DNA of 64,000 nucleotides from Bacillota bacterium (GTDB taxonomy: Bacteria > Bacillota > Clostridia > Acetivibrionales > DSM-1351). Location: NCBI GenBank assembly GCA_023436485.1, contig JAEZIU010000142.1, forward strand, positions 5,387 to 69,386, written 5' to 3'. Below the pieces are notes generated by a model. That model had not been told where the DNA came from. It did no database searches and saw only the letters and a list, made by a program, of their open reading frames with translations. The position numbers and the translations under genes are program-made. Shown here piece by piece: positions 43,101 to 51,840 of the stretch (positions within the stretch are counted from its first letter, which is position 1; each line of letters opens with the position of its first letter).

Positions 43101-45731
43101 GATGGTCAGATACAGATAAACGATATAACCTTCTATACCCCTGTGGTACTAAGCGAATCTGATACAAGAGAAGTTCAGACAATTGTTAAATTTAAAGATA
43201 GAAGCTTTGAATTTACTATTGTAAGCAATACTGCTGACAGTAACAACGGCACACTTAAAAAGTGGATAAAACATGCAGAGGGTAAATTTAGCTTTCATGA
43301 GGACAGCTCATTTACATGCCATGACATTAATCAGATTAAAGAAAGATGTTCTTCAGACATACTTGATATTAAACAAAATGAACTTACGAAAGGCTTTATT
43401 GAGTTCGGGCCAAGATGGCTGAATATCCATAAGCTGTGGGTTGGCAGTGAAACGGCACTTGCCGAATTATCCCTGCCGGATGAATTTGTACATGACCTGG
43501 AGACCTATTACATCCATCCATGTATGCTTGACATGGCTGCTGCCGCATTTTGCTTTACTTTTGAGAAACGATACCTTCCGTTATCTTACAAGAGACTGAA
43601 GGTTTACGGAAAAATGCCTCATAAGTTTTACAGTTATATTAAAAGCATAAATACAGGGGCAAATGAAGAAGTTGTAAGTTTTGATATAGATTTAATTGAT
43701 GCCGACGGTAAAGTATTTATCGAGATAACTGAGTTTTCTCTTAAAAAGGTTCATGAGTTTAAAACTCTGGTCAGAGATAATATCTTTACATATTCAAAAT
43801 GGATACCTGCAGATACTTCTTCAAGTGATGCCGTGCTAAATAAAGGGCTTACTGTAGTTTTCAGAGACACAGACGGTGTTGGCAAAAAAATAACTGAAGA
43901 AATTAAAGCTATTGGAGTAGACATATTAGAAGTAGTACCCGGACCGGCCTATGAGAAGCTTAGTGATCGTATGTACAAGATAGGCGGGGCCAAGGAAGAC
44001 TACGATGAGCTTATAAAAGATTTGAAGGACAAAAAGTTGTCCGGGATATTACATATGCTGACTGCTGATGACAATAACAGTACATCGTCATGTGAGGCGA
44101 CAGATAAAAACTTGAGTAAAGGGTTATACAGCCTGTTTTACCTGACCCAAAGTATGGTGAAATACGGATTAAAAGATAATTTGGAATTGATAGTGATATC
44201 CAAAAATGCAAACGAGATTACAGGTGAAGAAATAAGTATAAATCCTGAAAATGCAGCGTTATTCGGATTGTCAAAGGTAATATCCAAAGAGCATCAGGGG
44301 ATAAGATGCAAATTTGTTGATATTGACAGTAAATCCGGATACGAAACGATTATCAGAGAAGCTGTCCTTAACAAAGACCCTGAGAATATCGCTTTCAGAA
44401 ATAATTCCAAGTATCTGAACAGAATAGAGAGAATGAATATTGAAGAGGTACCTGATAATGTTACGGATATAAGAGAACATGGAGTATACCTTATAACCGG
44501 AGGCTCAGGAGGGCTGGGACTTGAATTTGCAAAGCACATAGCTGCAAAAGGAAAGAAGGTCAAAATAGCTCTTTTAGGGCGTTCTGTCTTTCCACTCCGT
44601 GAAGAGTGGGAGAATATTCTTGAAAACGGGTGTGACAGCAAGACAGAAAGGCTGATTAGAACAATCCTTGATATTGAATCACAGGGTTCAAAGGTTATTT
44701 ATTGCAGTGCTGATATTTCAATATATGCGCAAGCAGAAAAAGCACTGAATGATATAAGGAAGGAATTTGGCCCTATAAATGGAATTATTCATGCAGCCGG
44801 AGTGGCCGGAAGCGGTTTTGTGTTTATGAAACAAGAAGGCGAACTTCAGAAGGTTATAGGCCCCAAAATTCATGGTACGGTGAACTTGGACGGATTGTCA
44901 AGGGAGGATAAACTTGACTTCATGATTCTGTTCTCGTCAATTGCATCCTTTTTGGCATATCCGGGTCAAGGCGATTACACTGCAGCAAGTTTATTCTTAA
45001 ACTCCTATGCGGCATATAGAAACAGATTGGGCAAAAAGACCATATCAATAAACTGGCCGGCATGGAAGGAAACAGGAATGGCAGTAGACCATGGTGTTAA
45101 TACTGATACCGCATTTAAGGCCATATCCACAACTGAAGCACTATACGCTTTTGATGAGGTAATAAATAAGAAGTTATCTGAAATTATTATTGGAGAATTG
45201 GATTCAGATTACTTCACCAAATTTGGCGAGAGCAGTGTTCTGGCAAATAATCTTATGTCAGCAATTACGAGGAAAAAGAAACATAATGCACCGAAAGAAA
45301 TTGAAAAGAACAAGTCCCTAAGTGTTCAAATTAAGGATAAAAATGTTGAAGAGCTCGATGATATTGAAGTTCTTTTGTCGGGGATATGGGGAAAGGTTTT
45401 AGGCATGAATGAAATTGATATCTATGAGAGTTTCTATGAAATGGGAGGAGACTCAATCCTGGCAACACAAATGTTCAAAGAAATTGACAAGGAGTTTCCG
45501 GGGGTTATAGATATTGCTGACATATTCTCATATTCGTCAGTAAGCCAGCTCGCAACATATATTAAAGGCAAAACAGGCAGCAAGCGTATAGATAATGCTG
45601 ACGGTAACGAAAATGTAAATTCGACAGAAACCGAAGAAAGTGATATAGAAGATATTCTGGACAAGTTGGTAAAAGGCGAAATTTCCATGAGTGAAGCTGA
45701 TGAAGTTATCAAAACCGGAGGTAAAGCATAA
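37176..45731 (+). CDS. Trans-AT PKS: KS-KR-ACP-KS-DH-KR-ACP
   Basis: Two DTACSSS/HGTGT/GHL KS sets; no GHSxG AT; KR GGxxGxG with YSAAN and YTAAS; DH HIIMGSYVIP; ACP GADSI and GGDSI. Confidence 0.93.
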   Translation: MGVNLSELSSFDLDKVNNEIEQKSLTYDDSIGTDIAIIGISANLPEANDVSEYWNNLRDGKDNIIEFPEARQVDIEKYLNSLGSDTGDVEFFQAAFLNEIDKFDYRFFRLTPSEASLMSPVQRLFLETTYKTIEDAGYGGSKIIGSKTGVFVGCIGDAEEDTYADILSQSDSAQNPSAFTGNLTSMIPSRISYFLDLKGPSMVVDTACSSSLVAIHLACQAIRNGECDMALAGGIKLFLVPVKNRIKLAINSSNYRSKAFDDSSDGIGVGEGSAAVMLKPLSKALRDRDNIYAVIKGSAINQDGNSIGITAPNVAEQANVIAKAWKNARINPETISYIEAHGTGTNIGDPIEIEGIKRAFSRFTKKKQFCAIGSVKTNIGHLNEAAGIAGLIKLVLCLKYGEIPPSIHFNLPNRKIDFEESPVYVNDRLAKWDANGELRRGGISSFGFSGTNCHVVLEEAPAIRHANEVKSSGLFAMTISAKSEGALDKLLAAYNSFLDKNPNIDIRDLCYTASLGREHHNHRVAIIAQDLLSLKESISELCSNGVSKSNYGNVFFNTFKVIRGVRSTESDVGLTEEKLEGMNRLAHFKLEEFVRTNKSDKALLSEICSLYSSGADIDWSFLYEKERPRTISLPTYVFDKERCWCEIQEVAAQNGKYDSQKSFYNIVWKQKPLLNEEKGDAPQTIVILRSSENSYTNFEDKLRNSSARIVSVTLGDSFKQINNNKYITDISENSFNLLFDKIKESKSIQIVHLLAAEINEGAKTTDELQRNLEHGLYSLFYIAKAFKGYESIDSTSILIAAGNINKIVDNDNIIIPENATISGLAKVINREFTNISCRLIDIDAGFSEDDLVGELHLRSGEQQVAYRKGNRYAESFTQFDTENSGNSEVKVRENGVYLITGGIRGIGYEVAKYLVNEAKVNIILVNRSKIPQRDTWDTISANNENKKLLEKISAIKSLEKTGSTVEYYSADVSDEIHVRNLLNSIKEKYGNIHGIIHSAGVTDDRLINEKNKEDFDAIIRPKVYGTWLLNHFTNAENLDFFIMFSSVSSILAAPGQSDYSAANAYLDSFSDYRRVNGKKATTINWVAWKEIGMAVEKGFTADTTFKAITTKKAMDCFDKVFHKDISRVLIGELNFESNMAALLEKAPFDLSDDIKHKLKESAKQRAFLKEQKVSNNRPNVRLKGKEPNQYSKIEQQIAEVCMSILGFKEIDIYDNFFDLGADSIALSHMFKELDKHFPNVLSLTKVFAYPSISALAKYLSEQLGESADSEGSHDNLMLEQESEFNENDSIAIIGIGSYLPTGYNLDEFWNSIRNGKDLISNIPEARKKDVEKYLSFKGEDTRNLKFLEAAYLEEIDGFDYKFFKLSPKEASLMDPNQRKFLETAWAAIEDGGYGGNKLKGTKTGVFVGFSNNPLNNYLDIISDVEPGELPVSLTGNLTSIIPSRISYLLDLKGPSMLIDTACSSSLTAVHTACRSLKSGECDTAIAGGVKINIMPLDNEIKIGIESSTGRTRAFDDDSDGTGIGEGVISFLLKPLKRAIEDKDNIYATIKGSAVNQDGTSVGITAPNVNAQTDVILEAWKDSKIDPGTLSYIEAHGTGTKLGDPIEIEGLNEAFKKHTKKRNFCAISTVKSNMGHLYEASGMAGLLKAVLSLKHKELAPSIHFVKPNDKIDFIDTALYVNDRLTKWDASTTTRRCGVSSFGFSGTNCHVVLEEAPEIKYESISGDSRAEILGLTAKSEAALHELVRRYKTSLENSEQICLKDICSTANTGRTHHNFRLAIVAKDKNELLRKLNFILENKFSGLDRKIGFYGKHFVIMSDKEFLQQGELRQKEKFELTTQAGLLTEELAEQNIFDNSLLERLCELYVKGADVDWDILYGGNRAGKKVSLPSYPFEKHRCWINIDSAEKRNISDNIRVIHPLLEKQMVESVDQIIFSTEFSPKKHFVLSDHIIMGSYVIPGTTYIEMIYQAGRRLSDDGQIQINDITFYTPVVLSESDTREVQTIVKFKDRSFEFTIVSNTADSNNGTLKKWIKHAEGKFSFHEDSSFTCHDINQIKERCSSDILDIKQNELTKGFIEFGPRWLNIHKLWVGSETALAELSLPDEFVHDLETYYIHPCMLDMAAAAFCFTFEKRYLPLSYKRLKVYGKMPHKFYSYIKSINTGANEEVVSFDIDLIDADGKVFIEITEFSLKKVHEFKTLVRDNIFTYSKWIPADTSSSDAVLNKGLTVVFRDTDGVGKKITEEIKAIGVDILEVVPGPAYEKLSDRMYKIGGAKEDYDELIKDLKDKKLSGILHMLTADDNNSTSSCEATDKNLSKGLYSLFYLTQSMVKYGLKDNLELIVISKNANEITGEEISINPENAALFGLSKVISKEHQGIRCKFVDIDSKSGYETIIREAVLNKDPENIAFRNNSKYLNRIERMNIEEVPDNVTDIREHGVYLITGGSGGLGLEFAKHIAAKGKKVKIALLGRSVFPLREEWENILENGCDSKTERLIRTILDIESQGSKVIYCSADISIYAQAEKALNDIRKEFGPINGIIHAAGVAGSGFVFMKQEGELQKVIGPKIHGTVNLDGLSREDKLDFMILFSSIASFLAYPGQGDYTAASLFLNSYAAYRNRLGKKTISINWPAWKETGMAVDHGVNTDTAFKAISTTEALYAFDEVINKKLSEIIIGELDSDYFTKFGESSVLANNLMSAITRKKKHNAPKEIEKNKSLSVQIKDKNVEELDDIEVLLSGIWGKVLGMNEIDIYESFYEMGGDSILATQMFKEIDKEFPGVIDIADIFSYSSVSQLATYIKGKTGSKRIDNADGNENVNSTETEESDIEDILDKLVKGEISMSEADEVIKTGGKA

Positions 45732-45732
45732 A

Positions 45733-48700
45733 GTGGAAAAAATTAAGAAATATATATATGAGCAGGTAATATCTCAGAAGATATCAAAAAATGAAGCTGC
45801 ATTGATGTTAAAGGAGCTATATGAAAACCAAGGGGACAACAATAAGGATATAGCTGTTATAGGTATGGATTGCAGGCTTCCAAAAGCAAATAACGCCAAT
45901 GAATTCTGGGACAACTTGATCAACGGTATAGATTGTATTGGAGATATTCCAGAAAACCGAAGAGAAGACATTGAAAGTTATTTTAAAAACAAGGGTAACT
46001 TTACAAGTGAGGATTTTATTAAACAAGGATATATAAATGATATATCAGGTTTTGACCCTGCATTTTTCAATATTTCTCCTGCAGAGGCAAATATGATGGA
46101 CCCTGTTCAGAGATTGTTTTTAATGGTTGTGTGGGGTGCTTTAGAAGATGCTGGAATAAATTTTTCAAAAATAAGCGGGTCAAAAACGGGTGTCTTTGTA
46201 GGAAAGGCTCATTTGAATGAACCGCTTTATAAGGACTTTATCGATGATTTTGATATGATAGCATTTAACGGCTCGGCTACGGGGATCTTATCCAGTCGAA
46301 TATCATACTTACTGAATCTGAATGGCCCAAGTCTTGTGATTGATACAGCGTGCTCATCCAGTCTGGTGGCATTGCATACTGCTTGCCAGTCTTTGATAAA
46401 TAATGACTGCGAAGTAGCTATAGCCGGTGGAGTAAGGGTAATGCTTCTGCCTGTTAAGGATAACAAGCTTGAAGCTCTTGAATCTCCTGATTGCAAATTA
46501 AGACCCTTTGACAACGAAGCAAATGGAACCGTTTGGGGTGAAGGTGTAAGTGCTGTTGTCTTAAAACCATTGTCAAAAGCAATTAAGGATAGGGACAATA
46601 TATATGCTGTAATAAAAGGCAGCGCATGTAACAACGATGGTGCGTCAAATGGGATTTCGGCACCCAATGCCTATGCTCAGGAAAAACTGATTGCGGATTT
46701 ATGGGAGAAGAAAAAAATCAATCCCGAAAGCATATCCTATATTGAAGCTCACGGTACGGGAACTGCTTTGGGCGATCCAATCGAAATAAAAGGGATTACA
46801 AACGCATTCAGAAGGTATACCAACAAGAAGCAGATATGTGCTATCGGAACTGCTAAGGGTAATATCGGACACTTGGTAGCTTCATCGGGACTGGCAGGTT
46901 TAATTAAGGTATTGATGGCAATGAAGCATAAAAAAATACCTCCCACAATCAATTTTAATGAACCGAATGCCTATATAAATTTCATAGAGTCTCCTGTTTA
47001 CTTTAATGACAGGACAATTGAGTGGAAAGATGACGAAAGGCCATTAAGAGCAAGCGTAAGTTCATTTGGAATTAGCGGTACAAACAGTTATGTAATTGTT
47101 GAAGAACCTCCCAAACCTCAGGGGAAGAGCAATATAGCGGTTAGTAAGGATTTGATATTCACTTTATCCGCTAAAAGCAGTACATCATTAAAAAACCTAA
47201 TAAGTAAATATGTTGATTTTCTTAAGGATGAGACAGGCTATGATTTAGAGGATGTTTGTTTTACTGTGAATATAGGCAGAGTTCACCACAATCACAGAGT
47301 TGCAATAGTAGGAAACAGCATTGCTGAATTGAAAGGCAAACTTGCTATTTTAAACAAGGGCGACCTGAGAAGTGTCCCAAGCGAGAACATATATTGTGGT
47401 GATTTCAGGCTGGTTTCAGATACAAAAAGGGAAAAAACAGATGGGCTTATTACAAAGTCTGACAAGAAGAAACTTGATGAGCTGTCCAAAAGCAAAACTT
47501 TGGAATATGTTGATTGCGGGAAGAATGAAAGTAGCCTTTTAAACGATTTATGCGATTTATACGTCAGCGGTGCAGATATTCCATGGGACAACTTGTTTGC
47601 AGAGTCTGAAGCAAGAAAGATAAGTTTGCCCAAATATCAATTTGAACTCAAAAGGTGCTGGCCTGAAAACAGGGGCAATTCTGTAATAGAGGCAAAGTAT
47701 ACAAAGAGTACTCCCGGCACAGGGATGGTTCATTGGGAAAGCGATGAGATACACCCGTTGCTGGGAAGACTCTATCTTAGAACTTTGAACCAAGACATAT
47801 ACATAAATGACCTTAATCCTTCTTTGAAATGGGTAATTGGAGAACATAAAGTTGCAGGGAATTTTGCAATGCCCGGTGTTTCCTTTATTGAGATGGCATT
47901 ATGCATAGGAAGAAAATACTTTGACACAAAGTATATCCGATTAGCTGATATGGCAGTCATATTCCCGCTCATGCTTAGGGAAGGGGAAACTAAGAGGGTA
48001 CAAACAATAGTAAATAGGCTGAACGGTTATCTGGAGTTTGCTGTTGTTGGGGAAACAGAAGATGCTGATAACAGTAACGGCTTCATTGAGTATGTTCAAG
48101 GAAAGATATATCCTCTGGAACAAAAGGCTGAGAAGAAACTGGATATTGTTTTACTGACAGAGGGAATGAACAAATTGGGTAAAATCAATCCTAATAACTA
48201 TACACAAGGATTTATTCAGTTTGGGAGTAGATGGACTGATTGTGTTGCACTGAGCACGGGCAAAACATCTGCAACTGTGGAGTTAGCTTTACCTGAGAAA
48301 TTTGCTGAAGACTTAGAGGAATACTACCTCCATCCTGCATTACTTGATATGGCCTTAAATGCTTTGGCTTTGACTGTAAAGGAAAGGTATCTTCCTTTTG
48401 CGTATAAGAATATTAATATTTATGGGCCTACACCTTCCAAATTCTACAGCTATATTCATAACTTTAAGGATAGTGATCAGCGGCAGGAAATGAAGTCCTA
48501 CAATATTGACTTTATCGATAGCCAAGGTAACGTTTTTGCTGAAATTGAAGAGTATACCATCAAAAAGGCTAATAATATTGCAAATATGGAAGCTGATACC
48601 CCTATGTTTTACAATACAAAGTGGGTGCAAAAAGACTTTGTTTTGAATGAAGCTCCCGTAACACCCGGGAAAGCTATTGTATTTAAGGACAACCATGGAC

Positions 48701-51700
48701 TTGGTGACGATTTGGTACAAGAGCTGAAAAACAGCGGGTGGCAGGTTATTGAGGTCGGACTCGGCACTCAATATACAAAAACTGATAATAACAGATATGA
48801 AATATCTGTAGACGAAAGCGATCATATAGCCTTTTTAAACGAAGCTAATCTTGATGGTCTTACACATGTATTCCACTTATTTACGGCAAACGATATCCAG
48901 GAGGTTGAAGATACTGTCACTCTTACATATAACCTCGAAAAGAGTGTTTACAGCTTGTTTTCACTCACAAAGCATTTAATTGTCAATGCACAGAAAAAGA
49001 AGCTGGATATATACATAATTTCTAAAAATGTCAACCCGGTAACGGGAAATGAAAAATTCCTGCAACCGCAGTATGCATGTATATTCGGCTTAGCTAAGGT
49101 TATTAATAATGAGTATCCTGATTTCAGATGTAAAAGCATTGATAGTGACGGCAGCATATCGGCTAAGGACATTACATCAATAATCGGGTGTTCCGATATT
49201 GAAGCTCAAGTTGCATTCAGAGATAGGGCTTTCTACACAGAAGAGATTCGGCCAATGAGAACGGATGCTATACCTGAGGAAAGGGTGGAAATCAGTTCCG
49301 ATGGTGTATATGTAATTACCGGAGGTACCGGGGGAATAGGTCTGGAAATATGCAGATATCTTGCTACCTGTTGTAAGGTGAACCTTGCACTGGTAAACAG
49401 GTCTTCTTTGCCTGAACGTGAACTGTGGGATGAAATACTCCAAAAGAATGAGGACTCACGGCTATGCAATATATTAGAGAAGCTTAGAGCCATTGAATTA
49501 CTGGGCTCTCAAATTATTTGCTACAGCGCTGACGTAAGTGAATATGAGCAAATGAAAGCTGTACTGGAGGATTTAAGAAGAAAGTTCGGACGAATCAGAG
49601 GAATAGTACATAGTGCCGGTATCGCGGGTCAGGGTCTGTTGATGAATAAAGACTTATGTACCTTCAAAAACGTAATTAAGCCAAAGGTGTACGGTGCGTG
49701 GATTCTGGATAAATTGACTGAAAATGAACAGCTTGATATGTTCGTTCTGTTCTCTTCTATTGCGTCATTTGTTGCATACCCGGGACAAGGAGACTATACG
49801 GCAGCTAACTCATTTTTGGATGCATTTTCCACCTATTGCACCAAAAAAGGAAGAAAAATGCTTTCAATTAACTGGCCTGCGTGGAGTGAAACAGGTATGG
49901 CAGTAAGTCACGGTGTAAATATTGATATGATGTTTAAGCCAATATCTACCGAGGATGCCATAAATGCATTTGGAAAGATAATTCATAAATCTGTCGATAG
50001 AGCAATAATAGGTGAATTGGATTATGAAAGCTCTATGTTTGAAAAGCTTCAAATCGGTTTATCTAAAAGTATCAGAGGTATAATCAACAAACACAAAAAC
50101 AGTTTAATCTCAAACCAAAAAAACATTGGCACTTTGGCTGATGTTGTTCTTAAAGGACGTAAAGATAACGATTATACTCAGGCAGAAATCAAGGTTGCAA
50201 AGATATGGGGAAATATATTCGGACTGCAGGAAGTCAATATATTTGACAATTTCTACGATTTGGGCGGAGACTCCGTCTTTGCAATGAAATTAGTAAATAG
50301 TTTAAACAAGCATTTAAATATAAACCTAAGTATTGTAGACGTGCTTAATTATCAAAGTGTGAATGACTTGGGGGCTTACCTTGATGAAAAAGGGCTCAGT
50401 AATGATAGTACGATTGAATTAAATGATGTAGCTGTTTTAAAGCATGCTGACGATAAAGAGTTTTATCCTGTAACATCGCAGCAAAAGGCTATTTATCTTT
50501 TATACCAGAGGTTGCCTGAGAACATTAGTTATAACACCCCTATAATAATTAATATCGAAGGGAACCCGGATATAGGCCAATTTGAACAAATATTCAGGCA
50601 GTTGGTTCTTAGACATGAATGTTTAAGGACATCCTTCCATATGCATAAGGGAGTACCCGTATTTAAAGTCCATGATGACGTAACATTTGACATTAAATAT
50701 TCCGAGGCTGTGGGCACAGCTGTTGAGGAGATAATAAATTCCTTTATACGGCCATATTGCCTGGAAGAACCTACTTTACCGAGAGTAGAGATTGTTAAGA
50801 CAGGTCATGAGAACTACCTTCTTATGTTAGATGTTCACCATATAATCGCAGATAGAACTTCGGTAGGGATTATGCTCAATGACTTTTTCAATTTGCTTAA
50901 AAGTAATCCATTGACTGAGATTGCTGCCCAGTATAAAGACTATGCCGAATGGCAATACAGCTATTACAATTCGGAAGCAATAAAAAAGACTGAAGAGTAT
51001 TGGCTTGATGTTTTCAAGGGAGAAATCCCACTGTTAGATATTCCTACAGATTATAAAAGACCTCCGATACTATCTTATGAAGGCGAAAGTGTTAAATTTT
51101 CATTGGATGAGAAGTTGTGTGACTCTCTTAACTGCATAGCGTCAACTGCTAATACAACTATTAATATGATCTTGACTTCCGCATTCTATATTCTGCTTAA
51201 TAAGCTAACATCTCAGGAGGACATAGTTATAGGCTGTAATGTAATGGGGAGAACCCATGAGGATATTCAGAACACGATGGGGATGTATGTAAATACTATT
51301 CCTGTAAGAAGTTGTATTAATGGCAATATGCCGTTTAAAACATATTTGGATAATGTTAAGAACAGCTGTCTGTTAGCATATGACAATCAAAACTATCCGA
51401 TTGATGTTCTTCTGGAGAAACTTGATTTTAAGAGAATCCAAAACAGAAACCCGCTGTTTGACGTTTGCTTCAATATGATGAACATTCCTGACAGCATTGA
51501 TTCTAAAAAGGAAATTTCATTGCAGGGACTTGTTATAAAGCCTGTAGATTTTGAAAATAAGACTGCAAAATTTGATATCACTCTTAGTGCATCTTTATCA
51601 GGAAATAAGGTTGAGATGTTCATGGAGTACAGGACATGCCTGTTCCAAAGGAATACGATAGAAAACTTTATCAAGTATTACATTGAGATACTGGAAGTAA

Positions 51701-51804
51701 TTAAAGACGATATTAACATCAGTTTAAACGATATTTTATTGAAAAATGATATAGCCGTAATAAAGTACGAAGCAGAAGATGAGGGAGATTTTATACTTGA
51801 TTGA
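45733..51804 (+). CDS. Hybrid trans-AT PKS/NRPS: KS-DH-KR-ACP-C
   Basis: DTACSSS; HKVAGNFAMP; GGTGGIG and YTAAN; GGDSV; HHIIAD; GTG start 45733 after GGAGGT. Confidence 0.92.
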   Translation: MEKIKKYIYEQVISQKISKNEAALMLKELYENQGDNNKDIAVIGMDCRLPKANNANEFWDNLINGIDCIGDIPENRREDIESYFKNKGNFTSEDFIKQGYINDISGFDPAFFNISPAEANMMDPVQRLFLMVVWGALEDAGINFSKISGSKTGVFVGKAHLNEPLYKDFIDDFDMIAFNGSATGILSSRISYLLNLNGPSLVIDTACSSSLVALHTACQSLINNDCEVAIAGGVRVMLLPVKDNKLEALESPDCKLRPFDNEANGTVWGEGVSAVVLKPLSKAIKDRDNIYAVIKGSACNNDGASNGISAPNAYAQEKLIADLWEKKKINPESISYIEAHGTGTALGDPIEIKGITNAFRRYTNKKQICAIGTAKGNIGHLVASSGLAGLIKVLMAMKHKKIPPTINFNEPNAYINFIESPVYFNDRTIEWKDDERPLRASVSSFGISGTNSYVIVEEPPKPQGKSNIAVSKDLIFTLSAKSSTSLKNLISKYVDFLKDETGYDLEDVCFTVNIGRVHHNHRVAIVGNSIAELKGKLAILNKGDLRSVPSENIYCGDFRLVSDTKREKTDGLITKSDKKKLDELSKSKTLEYVDCGKNESSLLNDLCDLYVSGADIPWDNLFAESEARKISLPKYQFELKRCWPENRGNSVIEAKYTKSTPGTGMVHWESDEIHPLLGRLYLRTLNQDIYINDLNPSLKWVIGEHKVAGNFAMPGVSFIEMALCIGRKYFDTKYIRLADMAVIFPLMLREGETKRVQTIVNRLNGYLEFAVVGETEDADNSNGFIEYVQGKIYPLEQKAEKKLDIVLLTEGMNKLGKINPNNYTQGFIQFGSRWTDCVALSTGKTSATVELALPEKFAEDLEEYYLHPALLDMALNALALTVKERYLPFAYKNINIYGPTPSKFYSYIHNFKDSDQRQEMKSYNIDFIDSQGNVFAEIEEYTIKKANNIANMEADTPMFYNTKWVQKDFVLNEAPVTPGKAIVFKDNHGLGDDLVQELKNSGWQVIEVGLGTQYTKTDNNRYEISVDESDHIAFLNEANLDGLTHVFHLFTANDIQEVEDTVTLTYNLEKSVYSLFSLTKHLIVNAQKKKLDIYIISKNVNPVTGNEKFLQPQYACIFGLAKVINNEYPDFRCKSIDSDGSISAKDITSIIGCSDIEAQVAFRDRAFYTEEIRPMRTDAIPEERVEISSDGVYVITGGTGGIGLEICRYLATCCKVNLALVNRSSLPERELWDEILQKNEDSRLCNILEKLRAIELLGSQIICYSADVSEYEQMKAVLEDLRRKFGRIRGIVHSAGIAGQGLLMNKDLCTFKNVIKPKVYGAWILDKLTENEQLDMFVLFSSIASFVAYPGQGDYTAANSFLDAFSTYCTKKGRKMLSINWPAWSETGMAVSHGVNIDMMFKPISTEDAINAFGKIIHKSVDRAIIGELDYESSMFEKLQIGLSKSIRGIINKHKNSLISNQKNIGTLADVVLKGRKDNDYTQAEIKVAKIWGNIFGLQEVNIFDNFYDLGGDSVFAMKLVNSLNKHLNINLSIVDVLNYQSVNDLGAYLDEKGLSNDSTIELNDVAVLKHADDKEFYPVTSQQKAIYLLYQRLPENISYNTPIIINIEGNPDIGQFEQIFRQLVLRHECLRTSFHMHKGVPVFKVHDDVTFDIKYSEAVGTAVEEIINSFIRPYCLEEPTLPRVEIVKTGHENYLLMLDVHHIIADRTSVGIMLNDFFNLLKSNPLTEIAAQYKDYAEWQYSYYNSEAIKKTEEYWLDVFKGEIPLLDIPTDYKRPPILSYEGESVKFSLDEKLCDSLNCIASTANTTINMILTSAFYILLNKLTSQEDIVIGCNVMGRTHEDIQNTMGMYVNTIPVRSCINGNMPFKTYLDNVKNSCLLAYDNQNYPIDVLLEKLDFKRIQNRNPLFDVCFNMMNIPDSIDSKKEISLQGLVIKPVDFENKTAKFDITLSASLSGNKVEMFMEYRTCLFQRNTIENFIKYYIEILEVIKDDINISLNDILLKNDIAVIKYEAEDEGDFILD

Positions 51805-51840
51805 TGAATCAGACATGTAATTAAACAAGGAGGATTTGAA

